Shown here one piece after another: positions 18,644-28,052 of a stretch of DNA of 64,000 nt (positions are counted from its first letter, which is position 1; the number at the start of each line of letters is the position of its first letter). Location: sequence record KY499642.1. One strand, 5' to 3'. The notes beneath the pieces were generated by a model that was not told the origin of the DNA, searched no databases, and was given only the letters and a program-made list of their open reading frames with translations. Made by a program: the position numbers and the translations under genes.

Positions 18644-19353
18644 GAGTTTGTCTGAAAGAACACATGCGTGATATTGAGGATATCGTTGCTAACATGTGTG
18701 ATAAACTGAGTGACTTGCCAGATAGCTTTAGACGCCCTATTGAAGAGGGCGTTGTGTACATGGCGTTGTTTGACTCTGGTTACAATGACGAAGATTTCTG
18801 GGAGAATGTCGCTGACTACCTAACCGAAGTGTTTAGCCATTACTTCGAGAGCCAGACCGACTTCACAGATACAATGCCAAGAAGTAAGTTGACACGTCTC
18901 GCACCAACTAGACTTGATATTCTAGATGGAACGGATACTGACGATGATCTATTAATTTCTGACATTGATGATAATGATGGTGAAAGGATTGAGTACGTTG
19001 TCGGAGTTAGTGATGAGATTCCTCACCACTACCACTGGGATAGCCGTGAAGATATGGACTACACCGCTGAGATTGTTGCAGAACAAGTAGCGGAGATGTT
19101 CGCAGAGTACGACTTAGCATCTGATGATGACTTCGCTGAACTAGCGTGCGTGATTCGTGATGCTGCCCTTGGTGACCAATACACTGTCAAGAACGTTGAC
19201 CGTTTCACTATTGATATGAACCGTAAGAAACTTATGGTGGGTATCGATACGGGTTCTCGGTTAGCCAATATGGATATGTCACTTTTTAATCGATTTGAGG
19301 TAGACGATGCGTTATCTGTTCGGAATGGATCGCGAAGTCGTCGAGCATCTTAG
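18616..19353 (+). CDS. Hypothetical protein, array member 8 (very acidic)
   Basis: GAGGG RBS, 245 aa. Ends in RFTIDMNRKKLMVGI plus an RS-rich tail. Confidence 0.7.
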   Translation: MSKKKIRQVRVCLKEHMRDIEDIVANMCDKLSDLPDSFRRPIEEGVVYMALFDSGYNDEDFWENVADYLTEVFSHYFESQTDFTDTMPRSKLTRLAPTRLDILDGTDTDDDLLISDIDDNDGERIEYVVGVSDEIPHHYHWDSREDMDYTAEIVAEQVAEMFAEYDLASDDDFAELACVIRDAALGDQYTVKNVDRFTIDMNRKKLMVGIDTGSRLANMDMSLFNRFEVDDALSVRNGSRSRRAS

Positions 19354-19879
19354 AGAGGCTTGGGATTACCTTGATATGGAGTACAACTTAGATTTATGGC
19401 CTACAGTAAAGCCTACGATTGAGTTGTGTCTCCATACCACCGTACATGAATTGATTTCATTGCACTATATACTAGACTACGATTTAGAAGAGTATCTTCA
19501 CAATTGTAACTGGCACCACGTTGATGATTACATCGGGGCTATCTTTGATTCAGGTAGACACGAGGAACTCTTCGACGATGTGATTGATGCTCTAGAGTCA
19601 AACGTATACGCGGGTAACAAGCTTGCCGTATCTGTCAGCCGTAAAAGCCGATGTATACGTCATGCTAACATCCTAGATGAGCCTGTCGAATATGACTACG
19701 ATGATTTACAGCGATCGTTGGCTAATGCAGTCACTGATGCAATCATAGACGCACTTAGAACAGTAGAGATACTTGACTATTTGCCTAAGGTTGAAAATGA
19801 ACTAGCTCCAAGATATCGTATGCCGATACAGGATGTTGATATCAACTTCCGTAAACTAAAGCTTACAATACGACACTAG
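19307..19879 (+). CDS. Hypothetical protein, array member 9
   Basis: GAGG RBS, 190 aa. Ends in DVDINFRKLKLTIRH. Confidence 0.7.
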   Translation: MRYLFGMDREVVEHLREAWDYLDMEYNLDLWPTVKPTIELCLHTTVHELISLHYILDYDLEEYLHNCNWHHVDDYIGAIFDSGRHEELFDDVIDALESNVYAGNKLAVSVSRKSRCIRHANILDEPVEYDYDDLQRSLANAVTDAIIDALRTVEILDYLPKVENELAPRYRMPIQDVDINFRKLKLTIRH

Positions 19880-19888
19880 GAGATAGCC

Positions 19889-20308
19889 ATGGCCGATATC
19901 AGTGGACTTAAAATGGGACAGGTTGTCTCGTTTAAGCTGCACACTAAACTGATCTCCGACATCTTTACTAACGTGAAGGTGCTCGGTATCGTTGGCTACG
20001 ATGTAGCAACCGCATTTGAAGATGTGGCTGCTGTACATGCTAACATCTACTCAACCCTCCCAGAGGGTACACCAGAGAACGCTGAAGACTACGACTACTT
20101 GTATGTTGAGACAATCGACAAGCAACGTAAGGTGGTGGGTGTTCCTTGGATTAAAGACCCAATCTCAGTAGTTGACTCAGCTACAATTCGAGTCACACTG
20201 AATAATGCTACAACCTCAGACGTTGAGAAGGTCCGCAATGCACTAAACGCATACGGCTACATCGACCTGAGTATTGAAGTGTTAAGTGGGTCTAGTATAC
20301 AGTCCTAG
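19889..20308 (+). CDS. Conserved chimallivirus SH3-like beta-barrel protein upstream of DNA polymerase
   Basis: AGGAG RBS. GQVVSFKL...VKVLGIV...YLYVET...VVGVPWI strand pattern. Fold is inferred. Confidence 0.6.
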   Translation: MADISGLKMGQVVSFKLHTKLISDIFTNVKVLGIVGYDVATAFEDVAAVHANIYSTLPEGTPENAEDYDYLYVETIDKQRKVVGVPWIKDPISVVDSATIRVTLNNATTSDVEKVRNALNAYGYIDLSIEVLSGSSIQS

Positions 20309-20336
20309 TAATAATTTAAATGGAAGGCTATAATGT

Positions 20337-20483
20337 GAACAAATCTATCTCCCAATTAGTTTGTTCTATTGTGAGTCGCATTTCAGTCCCTGCAAATGCG
20401 ATTTACCTGTCCACTAAATTTTCTAGGACTTATGTCCTCCTTATGAAGCCAGCACCCGTTTTGGGTGTTGGTATTTTTTTTTT
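20337..20483 (+). ncRNA. Candidate ~145-nt sRNA with C-rich (anti-SD-like) loops
   Basis: TATAAT at 20329-20334, hairpins at 20337-20366 and 20376-20401, CCTCCTTA at 20436-20443, intrinsic terminator at 20449-20483, no ORF with an RBS. Confidence 0.45.
20449..20483 (+). terminator. Intrinsic terminator
   Basis: CCAGCACCC-GTTTT-GGGTGTTGG followed by TA and a T10 tract. Confidence 0.85.
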
Positions 20484-20555
20484 GTCTTAATGTAAAAAGT
20501 AATGCTGCTGCTTTTGATTTGTAGAACTAACTAAAACAAATTCCCAGAGGCAAAA

Positions 20556-22727
20556 ATGTCATTATTCTTACGACCGGACGAAGAATACGTTCGTGAAATA
20601 AATGTCATGGAAGGCTACATGAAACAGTTGGCTGAATACCTGCACATACAGACAGGTAAGCCGATGGATGTGGTTAAACCATGGTTAAAGAAAGAATTCG
20701 AATCTGATGAGGGTCGATTCAAGTTTGAGTCCCCTATTGCAGATATCAACGTACGTGACCCACAAACTGGTGACCGTAAAGCAACACGTATCTCAGTGGC
20801 TAAGCTACTGGCTATGACGGAAAAGAATGACATCATCACGTCACCGTCACTGACCTTTTATACGCCAGCAAAGAAGAAGCGCTCACTGCTGTCTGTCTTC
20901 ATCGATGAAAACATCGCTAAGCGTGCAAAAGTAAAGAAAGAGATGTTCGCAGCTCAGGCTGAAGGTGATGAGGTAAAAGCTCAGAACAAAAAGAACGAAC
21001 AGAACTCATTTAAGACATTGAACAACGCAACCTCTGGTGCACACTCGTCTCCATATACCCTGCTGTTCAATAAGTCTACTCACTCATCACTAACATCAAC
21101 TTGTCGTTCGGCTACCTCGTATGGTAATGCAAACAACGAGAAGTTACTGGCAGGCTCACGTCACTACTGGATGCCGGGTATTGTTATCAACAATATCTTG
21201 TCTACTATTACCCTGACAGACTTCGATGCGTTCCAAGGATGTGTTGATGAATACAACCTGCACTACCCAACAGCAGAAGAGACAATGGAGTGTATTGAAT
21301 ACTCTACTCATCTGTTCTGGAATAACGTAGCAGCTATGGATCATATCCGCGACTTCGTGGGTAAGCTTACTCCGATTCAACGCGCTGCGTTCGTCTACAT
21401 CGGCGACCTATACCACCTACGTAAACACAACCCTGATGTGGTTCGTGGTTGGATTGGTTCAATGATTGAAGAGACAAATGAAAAGGTTCCCGTAGAGGAA
21501 GTGGAGCACGTCGAGAAAGTTACCGATGGTGACTTGACTGCTCTAGTCGCACTATTACGTGCAGACATTGTCGGCCCTCGAAACCTCCGTAAAGTAAAAG
21601 AGCAAGACTTTGAAGATTACCGTATTCTAATGTCTACGTGTCTTAAAGTTCGAGAAGCATGTGAAAAGTACTCAACGCTGATTCGTGAGATTATGACCAC
21701 GAAGAACGTGCCTGCCTCGATTGCTCGATTACCTGACACTATTCGTCGTGTATCACTGGTATCGGATACTGACTCAACAATGGCTACAGCTCAACGATGG
21801 TCAGAGTGGTTCTGTGGTGAGATGACGGGTAAGACTGCGGACAACGTTGCAGATACAATGATCTACATTGCAACGCAAAACATCGCGCACATGATGGCAC
21901 GTATGTCTACGCAGATGGGGGTGGAGAAACAGTACTTGCATCGCTACTCAATGAAGAACGAATTTAAGTTCAGTTCTTTCGCACTAACAAATAAAGCGAA
22001 GCATTACTTCTCACTAATCACTTCTCAAGAGGGTACTCTTTTCGAAGATCCTGAATTGGAAGTAAAAGGTGTGGCGTTACGCACGTCAAACATTCCACCA
22101 ATCATCATGAACGAGTTCCGTGCGACGATTCGTGAGTTGTCACGTTTGGTTATGGTAGGGGAAGATATTGAGATTGTTCCGCTGCTAGAGCGTGTGGGTG
22201 ACATTGAGCACAGCATCGTACGCTCGGTACACAATGGTGACTACCAGTACTTGAAGACTGGTCAGGTGAAAGATAAGACAGCCTACTCTAAACCAGAGCA
22301 GTCTAACTTCATCTACTGGGAGTGGTGGGAAACAACGTTCGGTCCTAAATACGGTTCGGCGGGTTCACCGTCATATAGCGTAGTTAAGATTTCTGTTGAC
22401 CTTGGAAACAAGACATTGATTAAACGATGGATTGATAACATGAAAGACAGGGAGTTGGCGGGACGTATTCAGGAATGGCACCTAAGAAACCCGAAACGTA
22501 AATTCACGCAGTTACTACTACCGGAAACAGTTGTAGCAACCAATGGTATTCCAAAAGAGATTTTGGACATTGCGGATTACCGTCGAATCATCTTTGCATC
22601 AGTTGAACCATACTACCATGTGTTAGAATGTTTCAAAGTGATGATGATTGACAAGAACCGTACGCGAATGGTTTCGGACTTCTATGGTGAACCAATTGAG
22701 AGTGAACTAACGGAGAGTACTGCATAG
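20556..22727 (+). CDS. Family-B DNA polymerase, polymerase half (phiKZ gp50-like)
   Basis: Motif B region QNSFKTLNNATSGA, motif C VSDTDST, downstream KHYF and EVKGV. No exonuclease or motif A in this ORF. Confidence 0.85.
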   Translation: MSLFLRPDEEYVREINVMEGYMKQLAEYLHIQTGKPMDVVKPWLKKEFESDEGRFKFESPIADINVRDPQTGDRKATRISVAKLLAMTEKNDIITSPSLTFYTPAKKKRSLLSVFIDENIAKRAKVKKEMFAAQAEGDEVKAQNKKNEQNSFKTLNNATSGAHSSPYTLLFNKSTHSSLTSTCRSATSYGNANNEKLLAGSRHYWMPGIVINNILSTITLTDFDAFQGCVDEYNLHYPTAEETMECIEYSTHLFWNNVAAMDHIRDFVGKLTPIQRAAFVYIGDLYHLRKHNPDVVRGWIGSMIEETNEKVPVEEVEHVEKVTDGDLTALVALLRADIVGPRNLRKVKEQDFEDYRILMSTCLKVREACEKYSTLIREIMTTKNVPASIARLPDTIRRVSLVSDTDSTMATAQRWSEWFCGEMTGKTADNVADTMIYIATQNIAHMMARMSTQMGVEKQYLHRYSMKNEFKFSSFALTNKAKHYFSLITSQEGTLFEDPELEVKGVALRTSNIPPIIMNEFRATIRELSRLVMVGEDIEIVPLLERVGDIEHSIVRSVHNGDYQYLKTGQVKDKTAYSKPEQSNFIYWEWWETTFGPKYGSAGSPSYSVVKISVDLGNKTLIKRWIDNMKDRELAGRIQEWHLRNPKRKFTQLLLPETVVATNGIPKEILDIADYRRIIFASVEPYYHVLECFKVMMIDKNRTRMVSDFYGEPIESELTESTA

Positions 22728-23771
22728 TAGCAACAAATCTTCTAGATAGTTGTCTATTATATGTACTTTCATGTGCTTCGGCACGTGGGAGAGTGTGCGG
22801 CTGTTTATAAACGCACGCAGTTCTCTTGATAGATTACTCAAGTTAGATTGGTCTAGTACCTGACCTGAGGTGTAAGCAACTTGTAGCCCGTAATGCAGGT
22901 AAGGCAACTTACAAGCAGTTAAGAACCATTCAATTTGCTGAGTGGTGATTGTGGGAATTGGCTTAGTTAAGTCCAAAGCACTATCTCTAAAGAAGGATGG
23001 TGTGTTGTACAAGGCTGAGCCAATGGTTGTACCTTTGCCGAGGATTTCGTTTACGATATTCACATTGGATTTCGATAAACGTTCATCGATGTCAGGTACT
23101 GGGTATTCCACCACATTCGGATCATCATGGATTTCTTTACCGATGATGCGATAATAATGACGGTTAAACAGACTGATGTCCATATAAGACTTTAGACTGT
23201 TAAACAGTGGGTACTTGGCAATGAAGTTATAGATGTTCTCTTGTACATCATTGCTACGTCTCCATCGCAACCACATCAAGAACTGGTAAGCCAGCATTGG
23301 TACGTTGATTTTAATGAAAGCGTATTCACCGTCGTCGTCAGGTGTTCCAATCTGGAAGTTAGTATTGGTGTTAGTGTGATAGACAAACTGTACAGGTTCC
23401 AACTCTGCCCAACGAGTTCTTTCATAAGGCTCGTAGGTAAAGATAACGGATTCTGAACCGCTGTTTAAGAATTGACCGCTAAAGGTAGTGCCGTAACTGT
23501 TTGGTGAAGTGATATTCAATGCACTAGCCATTTTACGTGCACGTTCTCTAACGTGAAAGTCCAGTGTAGTCGTTAGCATCTCAGCTGATAGCCCTAATCC
23601 CGAAAGGATGCGGTACAGCAAATGCGAAGGCGGTACACTGTGCGCACTAGAGATAAAACGTTCCCGGATGCGGGGGTGGTTTTTTATTACCGTGCGATGT
23701 ATAGATATGAAGGAAGAGTCTATGACTCTACCTTTCGCCTTGGCGAAATCTTCATTAAAATAGTCTAGCAT
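22707..23771 (-). CDS. Conserved chimallivirus core hypothetical protein (phiKZ gp52-like position)
   Basis: 354 aa, convergent with the polymerase and divergent from chmA. Synteny only. Confidence 0.65.
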   Translation of the reverse strand: MLDYFNEDFAKAKGRVIDSSFISIHRTVIKNHPRIRERFISSAHSVPPSHLLYRILSGLGLSAEMLTTTLDFHVRERARKMASALNITSPNSYGTTFSGQFLNSGSESVIFTYEPYERTRWAELEPVQFVYHTNTNTNFQIGTPDDDGEYAFIKINVPMLAYQFLMWLRWRRSNDVQENIYNFIAKYPLFNSLKSYMDISLFNRHYYRIIGKEIHDDPNVVEYPVPDIDERLSKSNVNIVNEILGKGTTIGSALYNTPSFFRDSALDLTKPIPTITTQQIEWFLTACKLPYLHYGLQVAYTSGQVLDQSNLSNLSRELRAFINSRTLSHVPKHMKVHIIDNYLEDLLLLCSTLR

Positions 23772-23802
23772 TCGTAGACCCCTATTCCAAAAAAATTTAA
23801 GT

Positions 23803-23818
23803 ATATTTCATTGTAGTG
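23803..23818 (+). promoter_or_regulatory. Candidate early promoter of chmA
   Basis: ATATTTCAT-TGTA-GTG preceded by an A7 tract. Confidence 0.7.
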
Positions 23819-23888
23819 AGATTCAAGGAAATAAATAAAACCTGACTCACGTTAATCGATTAACTACATCTACATAGGATAAAAAACA

Positions 23889-25748
23889 ATGGCATTTAAT
23901 ACTGGCGAAAATAAGACTCAAGACAAAGCGGCTAACACTGGTCGTAAAGACAATGAGAACAAAGGTCGTAAAGACGAAGGTCGTCGTTCTGATGAGCGCG
24001 CTCGTCGCAACCTTGTATCTCGTGCTTGGTCGCCTGGTTTGTCTGAGCAGGGCCGCAGCGCAGAATTCGTTAAGCGCGCGAAAGAGTTCCTTGAAGATCA
24101 AGGTAACAAAAACACAATCATCCTACAGCCTGACAACGAGCTGGCTCGTGAGCTGTCGGATTCATTCGGTTTCGTAATCTACGGTACTCACGTAGACTCT
24201 GACCTGATGTGGCACCTACTGGTATTTGAATCTCAACTTAGCCCTGTTGCTATGGAAGAAATCAAAGACCGTAACCGTCGCTACTCTCGTGACGAGAAAA
24301 TCTTCGACTTCGAAACTACTTCAGATGCAATCAGCGATGATCTGGTTTCTGATATCGAAGAGTGGCTACGTCGCAACGTTGAAGTTGACGGTGAGCTGTA
24401 CTTCACTAACGCAACTGTAGTTCCAGTTGAAGTAGACCTTGAGTCTGATGCGGTAGTTCAGCTACTGGGCTTCGATGCAGAAGATTCAAACATCCTGCTG
24501 TCTGACACTGACGAACCATTCAGCTCTAAGATGCTGGCTGACCGTTCAGTACTGAAAGCGAAGTTGAACTTCACTTCACTTGACGACAAGCGTGACCTTA
24601 CTTCAATGCCACTACGTTCTGACCTGCAAATCAGCATCTCTGAAAATCTGCGTGACAACAAAGTCAGCATGATTCGTTCAGCAGGTGGTCAGCGTACTCT
24701 GGTTGAAATGGATGCGTACGTGAATGCTCGTTGGGTTGGTCATGATGAAGCAGACCGCGATGACGAAATCGATCCAGCATGCTACGTACCAGAAGTAGTA
24801 ATGACTCAAAGCAACCCTTACCACAACGATGTGTACGGCGGTAACTTCGAGCGCTTCTTCCTTGGTCTAGCTGCACTAATGTACACCAAAGATGGTGACG
24901 TGTGGATGAAAGGCTTCGAGTCTTCACTTCACGGTGGTGGTCGCGTATCTAGCCTTGCTTACGGTATGGACCCAGAAGTATTCCCAGACGGTAAAATCCC
25001 ATCTGACATCAGCATCGTAGACGAAGACCCAACTGAAACTGGTAACTGGCTACGTAAAATCTTCTTCCGTTCAGAGCGCGGTCGTTCTATCCCAGTAGAA
25101 TTCGCAGTACTGATTAAAGAAGGTGGTGTTGGCTACGCAACTAACAAGCTTCTGCTTGACGTTGCAGACGACAACCCAGATGCACTGGACAAACTGATCA
25201 ATGTACTGGACAACCTAACTGATGGCGTGTCTCAGGACTACCTTGACATCCGTGACTACACTGATGTTATCTCTGGTCAGGTTCGTGTACCAATGGGTTA
25301 CTTCAAAGATGCTGACGGTGAGCGCGCTGGCGAGTTCATCGATACTCAGTTCGTAATGGAGCGTCTGAAAGACAACTACCCTGAGAAGTTGGATGACTAC
25401 TTCGAGTGTGTTCAGATTGATGATCGTGAATTCGACCACGAAGAAGCGATGACCAAACTACTGGACATCTACCAGCTGGTTACTGATGGTCAATTCAAAC
25501 TGAAAGGCTTCGGTACTAAACTGTACATCAACCCAGACTTCCTAGACGGTCTAGCTAAAGCTATCAAAGCTAAAGACGCTGGCCTGAACATGGAGCTGGA
25601 AGCAAACGTAGAAGTGAACTTCCGTCGCGGTCGTCGTTCACAAGGCCGTCGTGCATCAGCAGGTCTTGTAGACTCACCGCTTGGTCGCAACCGTCGCACC
25701 TACTCAGGTTCGCGTCGTCGCGGTTCACGCACTCGCTACCGTCGTTAA
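23889..25748 (+). CDS. chmA: Chimallin, major phage-nucleus shell protein (phiKZ gp54-like)
   Basis: 619 aa at the invariant position immediately upstream of the nvRNAP beta' N-terminal gene. Own promoter and terminator, high-expression codon bias, disordered N- and C-termini. Assigned by synteny, size and recalled features, not by alignment. Confidence 0.82.
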   Translation: MAFNTGENKTQDKAANTGRKDNENKGRKDEGRRSDERARRNLVSRAWSPGLSEQGRSAEFVKRAKEFLEDQGNKNTIILQPDNELARELSDSFGFVIYGTHVDSDLMWHLLVFESQLSPVAMEEIKDRNRRYSRDEKIFDFETTSDAISDDLVSDIEEWLRRNVEVDGELYFTNATVVPVEVDLESDAVVQLLGFDAEDSNILLSDTDEPFSSKMLADRSVLKAKLNFTSLDDKRDLTSMPLRSDLQISISENLRDNKVSMIRSAGGQRTLVEMDAYVNARWVGHDEADRDDEIDPACYVPEVVMTQSNPYHNDVYGGNFERFFLGLAALMYTKDGDVWMKGFESSLHGGGRVSSLAYGMDPEVFPDGKIPSDISIVDEDPTETGNWLRKIFFRSERGRSIPVEFAVLIKEGGVGYATNKLLLDVADDNPDALDKLINVLDNLTDGVSQDYLDIRDYTDVISGQVRVPMGYFKDADGERAGEFIDTQFVMERLKDNYPEKLDDYFECVQIDDREFDHEEAMTKLLDIYQLVTDGQFKLKGFGTKLYINPDFLDGLAKAIKAKDAGLNMELEANVEVNFRRGRRSQGRRASAGLVDSPLGRNRRTYSGSRRRGSRTRYRR

Positions 25749-25772
25749 TCGACAGTAGTAAAATAAAGAAGA

Positions 25773-25800
25773 TGGGGAGCATTGCTCCCCACTTTTTTTT
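25773..25800 (+). terminator. Intrinsic terminator after chmA
   Basis: TGGGGAGC-ATT-GCTCCCCA followed by C and T8. Confidence 0.9.
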
Positions 25801-25821
25801 AGTGTGTAACCGTCAGACTAA

Positions 25822-27369
25822 TTGGGAGATAAACTTATGACGCTTGGACAACCACGTCCCGATTGGGAATCGAATGGCATCAGTCTTGACATCTATTCAT
25901 TAGAAAAAGATTTTGATGAACTAAAAATCGAACCAATCATCATTAATGACGTAGCTGATGAGTTCAGCGTCGGTCGCACTATCGATGTAATCAATGATCT
26001 GATTCGCGTTAGTTACGACAGTGATGAACTAAACACGGTGCCTTCCTGTGAAAAGGGATGTACTACAGGTGCCTTTAACTACGACCCAGTCCACCCTATC
26101 ACATGTGATGTGTGTGGTACTACGGTCAAATCCGTCATCAACCAACCACTCTTACCACAGGTGTGGATGAGAGTACCAAAGAAAGTGGATGCGTTTATCC
26201 ATCCGCGTATTTACCAACTGTTCTCTGAGTACTTCAGAAACAACTACTTCGATTTAATCGAGTATCTCACTAACCCAACATATGTAGTTCCTCGTCACAA
26301 TAACTACCGAGGCGGCAAACCTGAAATTGAGAAGTTGCTGGACTTCTTAACGGATTGCAAGGTAGAACGTGGCATTAACTACTTCCATCGTAACTTTGAC
26401 GAGTTGATGGACTTGTTGTTAATTCAGAACCCGAAACTGTTCACCTATAAATACGGTACAGCGGATCGTGCTACACGTGTCTGTGCGAAGTTTAAATACT
26501 TCCTCGACTTATATCGTGACAGCATCTTTACTCGCTACCTACCGTTTCCGTCGAAACTCATCATGGTTTCAGAACGTGGTGGTACGGCAGAGTTCATTGA
26601 CCCGAACATGAAAGATGCATTCGATGCTCCTAAGACAATTGCGTCATTGGAAACTCGTGCAACTAAGCCAAGCTACAAAGTAGTGCAAGCTGAAACTGTA
26701 AAGGTCATTAAACTGATGGGTGCCTACTTCAATGGGTACTACAGTAAGACGTGTTCTGGTAAGACAGGTATGTTCCGTGGACAACATGGTGGCTCACGTG
26801 GCTTCTTCACTGGGCGTGCAGTAATTGCACCTCTAGCGATGGAACACGAGTACGATGAAATCCACACGCCGTGGTCATGGTCAGTGACTATCTTCTCCGT
26901 ACACCTTGAGAACAAGCTGCTACGTCTAGGATATAATCCGCGTCAAATCATGCGGAAGATTGATAAGGCTACAGTTCGTTACGACAAGATGATTCATGAA
27001 CTCTTAAATGAGATCATTGCAGAATGTCCAGAAGGTGGCTATCCAGTATCGATGCTGCGTAACCCAACGTTACGTCGTGGTTCGAACCAGTACTTCCGTA
27101 TTACGAAGATTCTGACGAACGTTCATGACAATGCTATCATGATGTCGGTACTCGCAATCAAAGACCCTAACGCGGACTTTGATGGTGACCAATTGCAGGT
27201 TAAACTGTTGGTGGATAATAAAGAGAAGCGTCAGTTCTCGCGTCTAGCATCGCACCTGAACATTATGGATACAGACCATCCAAACCGAATCGGTGGGCAC
27301 ATCACGTTCCACCCTGAAGTAACAACCATGGCAAACAACTACTTGTCACACTACAGAAAGGCAGCATAA
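25822..27369 (+). CDS. Non-virion RNA polymerase beta' N-terminal (catalytic) subunit (phiKZ gp55/56.1-like)
   Basis: NADFDGDQL active-site loop, Zn-binding CEKGC...CDVC, GRAVIAP and RNPTL motifs. Confidence 0.95.
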   Translation: MGDKLMTLGQPRPDWESNGISLDIYSLEKDFDELKIEPIIINDVADEFSVGRTIDVINDLIRVSYDSDELNTVPSCEKGCTTGAFNYDPVHPITCDVCGTTVKSVINQPLLPQVWMRVPKKVDAFIHPRIYQLFSEYFRNNYFDLIEYLTNPTYVVPRHNNYRGGKPEIEKLLDFLTDCKVERGINYFHRNFDELMDLLLIQNPKLFTYKYGTADRATRVCAKFKYFLDLYRDSIFTRYLPFPSKLIMVSERGGTAEFIDPNMKDAFDAPKTIASLETRATKPSYKVVQAETVKVIKLMGAYFNGYYSKTCSGKTGMFRGQHGGSRGFFTGRAVIAPLAMEHEYDEIHTPWSWSVTIFSVHLENKLLRLGYNPRQIMRKIDKATVRYDKMIHELLNEIIAECPEGGYPVSMLRNPTLRRGSNQYFRITKILTNVHDNAIMMSVLAIKDPNADFDGDQLQVKLLVDNKEKRQFSRLASHLNIMDTDHPNRIGGHITFHPEVTTMANNYLSHYRKAA

Positions 27370-27372
27370 CTT

Positions 27373-27990
27373 ATGGCGAACGTAATGCGTGGAGTAGGAA
27401 ACGAAGGTGTTCGTGATATCCTTTACTCTCGACCGAAACGTCTTCTTGAAGATTATCATGAAGAAGTATTTGGCGATGAAGGTATTGCACGAAACTTCTC
27501 CGAACGTTTCCGAGAACGGGCTAAGGCGAAGATCGATCGTCTCAAAAGTAGTCGTGCTATTCGTGCAGCGTCTGCTACATTCCGTAAACTTCGTAACCGT
27601 GGTCGTTTAGACCGCATCGAATGTCTACTAGATGTAGGTGCACTGCAACATGCGCCACCGCGTATGCAATCACTGATTATGGCGAACCCTAATGTTCGTC
27701 GTCGTTGGCAGAAGCGTACTTTGGCTGGCTACGAGAATGGTTATAACTTGCGTGCGGACCAACGCAATTCAATTAAGCATTCACACTCAACATATCGTAT
27801 GATAATGGATGGACTTGTGCAAGAGGATGAGGGTAAACATGTATCACATACTTACGCTCTAACTCAAGCCGAGAAAGACAACCTTTCATACAAAGACAAA
27901 GCGGAAATCCGTCAGACATGGGCACGTGTCGATGAGATGCTCTGGGAGAATCTTGAAGATCCGACCTCAGAGTACAACGCAATGTTGTAA
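27373..27990 (+). CDS. Conserved core hypothetical protein (phiKZ gp59-like position, possible import cofactor)
   Basis: 205 aa, Arg-rich, directly after nvRNAP beta'. Synteny only. Confidence 0.55.
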   Translation: MANVMRGVGNEGVRDILYSRPKRLLEDYHEEVFGDEGIARNFSERFRERAKAKIDRLKSSRAIRAASATFRKLRNRGRLDRIECLLDVGALQHAPPRMQSLIMANPNVRRRWQKRTLAGYENGYNLRADQRNSIKHSHSTYRMIMDGLVQEDEGKHVSHTYALTQAEKDNLSYKDKAEIRQTWARVDEMLWENLEDPTSEYNAML

Positions 27991-27998
27991 ACAAGATG

Positions 27999-28033
27999 AG
28001 AGGTATGGCGTTTGCCGTACCTCTTATTTTTTT
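27999..28033 (+). terminator. Intrinsic terminator
   Basis: AGAGGTATGGC-GTTT-GCCGTACCTCT followed by TA and T7. Confidence 0.8.
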
Positions 28034-28052
28034 GCCTTTTGAGGAACCTTTT

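Noticed and set aside
20433-20443. Perfect TAAGGAGG Shine-Dalgarno on the minus strand
   Set aside because: No ATG, GTG or TTG at usable spacing. Interpreted instead as an anti-SD on the plus-strand RNA.
27996-28052. ORF-track start MRGMAFAVPLIFLPFEEPF
   Set aside because: It runs through the terminator hairpin and T-tract. ATG 28053 has a proper RBS.
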